From: Octopus sinensis | Taxonomy: Eukaryota | DNA: 64,000 nt | Direction of reading: 5' to 3' | Assembly: GCF_006345805.1 (NCBI RefSeq) | Contig: NC_043000.1 | Coordinates: 75,392,001-75,456,000 of the forward strand | In this document: positions 59,101 through 64,000 of the stretch, one piece after another | How positions within the stretch are numbered: position 1 is the first letter of the stretch | Layout: every line of letters begins with the position of its first letter | The notes under the pieces: model-generated | The model's database searches: none | The model's input: only the letters and a program-made list of their open reading frames with translations | What the model was told of the DNA's origin: nothing | Made by a program: the position numbers and the translations under genes

Positions 59101-60636
59101 ATATATATATATAAAACTGAGAATGTGTGTGTGTCTGTCTGTCTCTCTGTGTGTTTCCCTAAAACTTGAGAACTACACAACCAATTTCATTCAAATTTTA
59201 CACATGCCTTACTTCGGGTCCATGTAGTTTCATGGGCAAAAAAATGTTCAACTTCTTGCCTACAGCGAGCCCATAGCAATATCATATCTTCTCCACTATT
59301 TGGAGTTATACGTGTTAAAAGTGAAACAAAAACATTTGTCTATTTTATGTCAGATACTTTCACTTTAACAATAAAAATAATAATAACAATTGAATTATAT
59401 GTAGTAAGTAATAATTAAAATCAAACTAAAGTATAATATAATCGTAACATAACAAAAGTAAAAATAGCAATTGGTATAAAATTGCATCAATGACTTGAAC
59501 TTGAATAAGTGGTTTCACATGAATGGGAATAAATTAAAAATAAAATTAGCGTGCAGAAATGGAATAGTCCAGATGGAGCTGTGCTTTTACATTAGATTAT
59601 CTGCTAATTAGCTAGCATTAAGTATCTATATGAAGTTTGGCTGTATGTAATATCTGTTTTCTCGAACAGCCGCTTTTACAGAGTACTGCTGTTGGTTTAT
59701 TTCTTATACATAAAGGACTAAAGCTTCAACTGCTTACTGCTTTCTGATTCATCGTAAGGTTTGTTGTTATTATTATTACTGTTTAACTATTGTTATCACG
59801 TTTGTTGGTTCCTCGTAAAGGAAACATTGTTGTGTTGCATTTGTTAAATAATTGTAAACTGTAACCCTCCCCCTTTGGGTGAAGGAGCTTTGGTTATTGT
59901 TTAAAAATTGAATTGTGTCCCTGTTTGGGGAAATTGACAATATTTTCACCGTTTACACGGAAGCATTTCTGTTAGAATGCCTTCGATAGAAGAAAGTCCT
60001 AAAATGAATTTCGCTGCAGCCATCGGTGGGCGCGAACTCATTGAAATTAAAATGGAAGAAATACGGATTGATCACCGACAAAGACGGTGAATCTAGGATA
60101 ACACTACCAAACGAAATAAAAAATTAAATTAAAGAAAAGACTATTGTATATAAAGTATACAATGTAGAGAAAAAAATAAGATTTGAACACATGGAGGAAA
60201 GCACCATCGAAAAGTGTCTTGGTGCGACTATGAAAGATATCTAATCAGAGGCGGTAAATTCGCCACAATAGAAGCAAGGTTCGAGTCAACAGAGTGTGCA
60301 AGGGAGTACTCAACTTGAACCTTGCAAAGTGGAAATATTTTAAATTTACCTTTATATCTGGGACGTAGGACATCCCCGAAAAAAATTTTAAGTGCCCCCC
60401 CCCCCCACCTGAAGTAGAGGTAGGCTGGATTGTAGCCACATTTCTATACAAGAGGGAGGACAAGATACAATTGATCGAAATTGCAAGAGATAGGCCTACA
60501 ATTCCAGTCTGTTATATAATTTGAGTTTTGCTATCACTAGCGATATCAAGATATAACTTTGTATTTTGTATTTTATGTCTAGATGTATATACATGCACTA
60601 GCACTATGACCCGGCAACGACGGGTCATAATGCTAG
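59101..60636 (+). mobile_element. Non-autonomous Helitron (second family)
   Basis: 5' TATATATAAAACTGAGAATGTGTG plus a GT/CTGT microsatellite. 3' hairpin TATGACCCG/CGGGTCATA, then CTAG|T at 60633-60637. Confidence 0.8.
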
Positions 60637-60796
60637 TATATTAATATAGATATGACTTATATATGTATCTGTGGCTTTGTGTAGAAATATATCAATATAT
60701 ATGTATGCATGTATACTTATGTATGTGTGCGTAAGCATATATACGTATATATCTGTATACTTTAACAGATATACATTTATGGTATGGGACATATCT

Positions 60797-61085
60797 TATA
60801 TGTATAAAACTGAGAATGTGTGTATGTGTGTGTGTCTGTGTCTGTCTGTCTGTGTGAATCCCTAAAACTTGAGAACTACACAACCAATTTCATTCAAATG
60901 TTACACATGCCTTACTTAGGGTACATGGAGTGTTATGGGCAAAAAAATTTTTAACTTCTTGCCTAGGGCGAGCCCACAGCAATATCATATCTTCTCCACT
61001 ATTTCAGTATTATGTGTTAAAACTGAAACAAAAACATCTCTCTATTGTAATGTCAGATACTTTCACTTTAATACTGAAACTATTA
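60797..61085 (+). mobile_element. 5' fragment of a second copy of the 59.1-kb Helitron family
   Basis: Direct repeat of about 59105-59370 (AAAACTTGAGAACTACACAACCAATTTCATTCAAAT...). Confidence 0.8.
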
Positions 61086-61295
61086 AAGTCAAACTATTAT
61101 ATAAGATGGATGAACCATTAACAGTGGATATCCATTTTGCTAGAAGATCTGCTATGGTCTTATATGCTACACCACTGGTTTTCAATTCATATTAATCAAA
61201 TTAATATTCAATTTCTCACCCTTATTATTTTAAATTTAAATTTACATGTATATATATATATAGAGAGAGAGAGAGATGTATACATATAGATGTAT

Positions 61296-63201
61296 AAGTC
61301 TTTGGTCCTCACGGCGCAGAACATTGGCAAATTTTTTCCTATCCGCTTCCCCTCTGGCTAAATAAACCTGTCTCCTAGCTTCTCTTTTGGCACTCTGATA
61401 CAATTCCCTGCTACCCCCCATTCTTCCAGTCCTTCCAAGCCTGTCTCTTTTCTCTAATAGCCCTGTCTACAATATTGTTCCACCACCTGCTGAGAGCCAC
61501 TGACCAGATCTGTGGCTGGTGCAAAGTCCCCTCCCAACCTAAAATAACGTTGTGGTGGAACAATGTTGTAGACAGGACTATTAGAGAAAAGAGACAGGCT
61601 TGGAAGGACTGGAAGAATGGGGGTAGCAGGGAAGTGTATCAGACTGCCAAAAGAGAAGCTAGGAGACAGGTTTATTTAGCCAGAGGGGAAGCGGATAAGA
61701 AAAAATTTGCCAATGTTCTGCGCCGTGAGGACCAAAGACTTCAGATATTTCGTGTTGCAAGACAGTGTGTGGGAGAGAATCGTGACGTGGTAGGAGAGAA
61801 ATGTGTTCACATGGATGATGGCTCACTTGCGCTAAATGAGGATGCAAAGAGAGAGGTTTGGAGATGCCACTATGAAAGGTTGCTGAATAAAGAAAATGAA
61901 TGGGATAAAGAGAGTATGCCGAATGTCAACCCAACAGAGGGACCAGCTATCTGAGTTGACAGTACCTTGGTAGTTAAGGCAATTAGAAGCATGAAGACAG
62001 GGAAATCCCCTGGCCCATCAGGAATTACTGCAGAGATGCTCAAAATATCTGGTAGTGTCGGCTATAGCCTAGTCCCCGTATAGTTAACCAGGTGATACAC
62101 GAAGGAGTCATACACAATGACTGGTGTAGCAGCATAATAGTCAACTGCTACAAAGGTAAAGGTGACGTCCTAGATACAAATAATTACAGAGGTATCAAGC
62201 TGTTGGATCAGGTAATGAAGGTTACGGAGAAGGTTATAGCCCAACTAATTAGAGAGAAAGTTAATTTAGATGAGATACAGTTTGGGTTTGTGCCAGGGAA
62301 AAGCAGCACTGATGCCATATTCCAGGTAAGACAGCTGCTGGAGAAATATCTAGTCAAAGATAAGCCCCTGTTGACATGGAGAAAGCCTTCGACAGGGTCC
62401 CCGAACCCTTATCTGAGTACCTTGAGAGAAAAGTTGGACCTAAGAAGCATCAGTTGTGGTGTGCAAGAGAGACATTTGTGCTGGTATGGTCATGTGGCAA
62501 GAATGGCTGAAAAAGTGAAAAAGTGCCACACCCTAGCGGTTGAGGGAACCTGTGGAAGAGGTAGACCCAGGAAAACCTGGGATGAGGTGGTGAAGCACGA
62601 CCTTCGAACTTTAGGTCTCACGAGGAAATGACTAGAGATCGAGACCTTTGGAAGTATGCTGTGTGTAAGAAGACCCGGCAGTACAAGTGAGGCCATAACC
62701 CGTGGCCTCAGTCCACTTTATGCATACCTTTGCTTCTTGGGACACAAAACTCTACTTGCGAAGACCTGTTGAGGCAAGTGAAAAACAAAAACAAAATCAA
62801 AATCGATCAACATCAATGGAAATCGTAGCTGTGATACCAGTGCCAGTGGCACATAAGAGAACCATCCAAACGTGGCCATTGCCAGTGCCGACCTGACTGC
62901 CTCCGTGCCAATGGCACGTAAAAAGCACCATCCGATCATGGCCGTTGCCAGCCTCGCCTGGCCTCCGTGCCAGTGGCACATAAAAAGCACCATCCGATCG
63001 TGGCCGTTTGCCAGCGTCGTCTGGCACCTCTGCCAGTGGCACGTAAAAAGCACCCACTACACTCATGGAGTGGTTGGCGTTAGGAAGGGCATCCAGCCGT
63101 AGAAACATTGGGCCTGGTGCAGCATTCTGGCTTCCCAGACCCAAGTTGAACCATCCAACCCATGCCAGCATGGAAAGCGGGCGCTAAACGATGATGATGA
63201 T
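61296..63201 (+). mobile_element. 5'-truncated RTE with a 5' inverted duplication and an internal deletion of about 0.9 kb
   Basis: 61296-61486 is the reverse complement of 61552-61741. The RT jumps from AFDRVP to the C-terminus at about 62410. (GAT)n tail at 63190-63201. Confidence 0.9.
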
Positions 63202-63276
63202 ACATGTATATGTATAGCTGTATATGTATACATGCATTTCTATAGATATACATGTATATGTATACATGTATGTCTA

Positions 63277-63322
<46 letters not shown>

Positions 63323-63418
63323 TGTACATGTAATATGTACACATATATATATATACACATATATACATGCACACATATATACACCCATACACACACACAC
63401 ACATATACACATATACAT

Positions 63419-63573
63419 AGGTGCAGGTGTGGCTGTGTGGTAACAAACTTGGTTCCAAAACACATGGTCCTCAGTTCAGTCCCACTGTGTGATAACTTGG
63501 CACGTCTTCTGCTATAGCCTCAGACCAACCAAAGTCTTCCAGTGGATTTTGCAGACAGAAACTGAAAGAAATC
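63419..63573 (+). mobile_element. tRNA-derived SINE (same family as 866-1017)
   Basis: GTGGCTGTGTGGTAA...AGTTCAGTCCCACTG...GTGGATTTTGCAGACAGAAACTGAAAGAA. Confidence 0.8.
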
Positions 63574-63788
63574 AATTGTATATATATGTAAGTCTATGTA
63601 TGTGTGTTTGTGTTTATCCCTCATCACTGCTTCACAACTGGTGTTCGTTTATTTATATCCCCATAACGTACTGGTTTTATGAGAAGAAACTGATAGAATA
63701 AGTACCAGGTTTATCAAAATATAAAAAAGCACTAGGCAGTGTCTCATATTTTTGTTTGCCCACTCAATTGTATCTCTCAATTTATCTT

Positions 63789-63824
<36 letters not shown>

Positions 63825-63907
63825 GAGATATATATATAGAGAGATTTCGTAGCCAGGAACTGAAACAAATCAATCGTATATATACGTATGTATATATGTA
63901 AATGTAT

Positions 63908-64000
63908 GTGCTTTGGTATTGGCAACATGAATGACAATGGTCAGAGACTACTTGAATTTTTCACATACTATAACCTGTGCATCACCAACACATTCTCTGC
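63908..64000 (+). mobile_element. LINE APE endonuclease fragment, running off the window
   Basis: Translates CFGIGNMNDNGQRLLEFFTYYNLCITNTFS. Confidence 0.75.

Overview
AT-rich, microsatellite-laden animal genomic DNA. The repeat families (RTE LINEs with (GAT)n tails, tRNA-derived SINEs) suggest an octopus or other cephalopod; this is inferred from recognising the repeats, not from a search. The only confidently identified host gene is RBBP8/CtIP on the + strand, of which the 3' part is present: a 1,027-nt exon at 6541-7567 and three C-terminal SAE2-domain exons at 19869-19974, 21349-21496 and 24056-24195. At least one intervening exon is not located. Almost everything else is nested mobile DNA. 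DNA transposons: piggyBac, two hAT groups, Merlin, and autonomous-derived and non-autonomous Helitrons. Retroelements: several LINE clades (RTE, BovB-like, RTEX-like, CR1-like, R4-like), Penelope-like elements, a non-coding LTR element and SINEs. The most notable structures are: (1) a tRNA-headed SINE-like element carrying a Penelope-type minimal hammerhead ribozyme, two copies of which form a head-to-head palindrome flanked by one 13-bp TSD; (2) a head-to-tail trimer of non-autonomous Helitrons joined at CTAG|TC, each carrying a captured RTE 3' end; (3) a near-intact RTE whose ORF has one nonsense codon, no initiator ATG and an in-frame splice acceptor; (4) an LTR element with a duplicated tRNA-Trp primer site and a 42/84-bp array but no gag/pol. 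No searches were run, so family names come from motif recognition.
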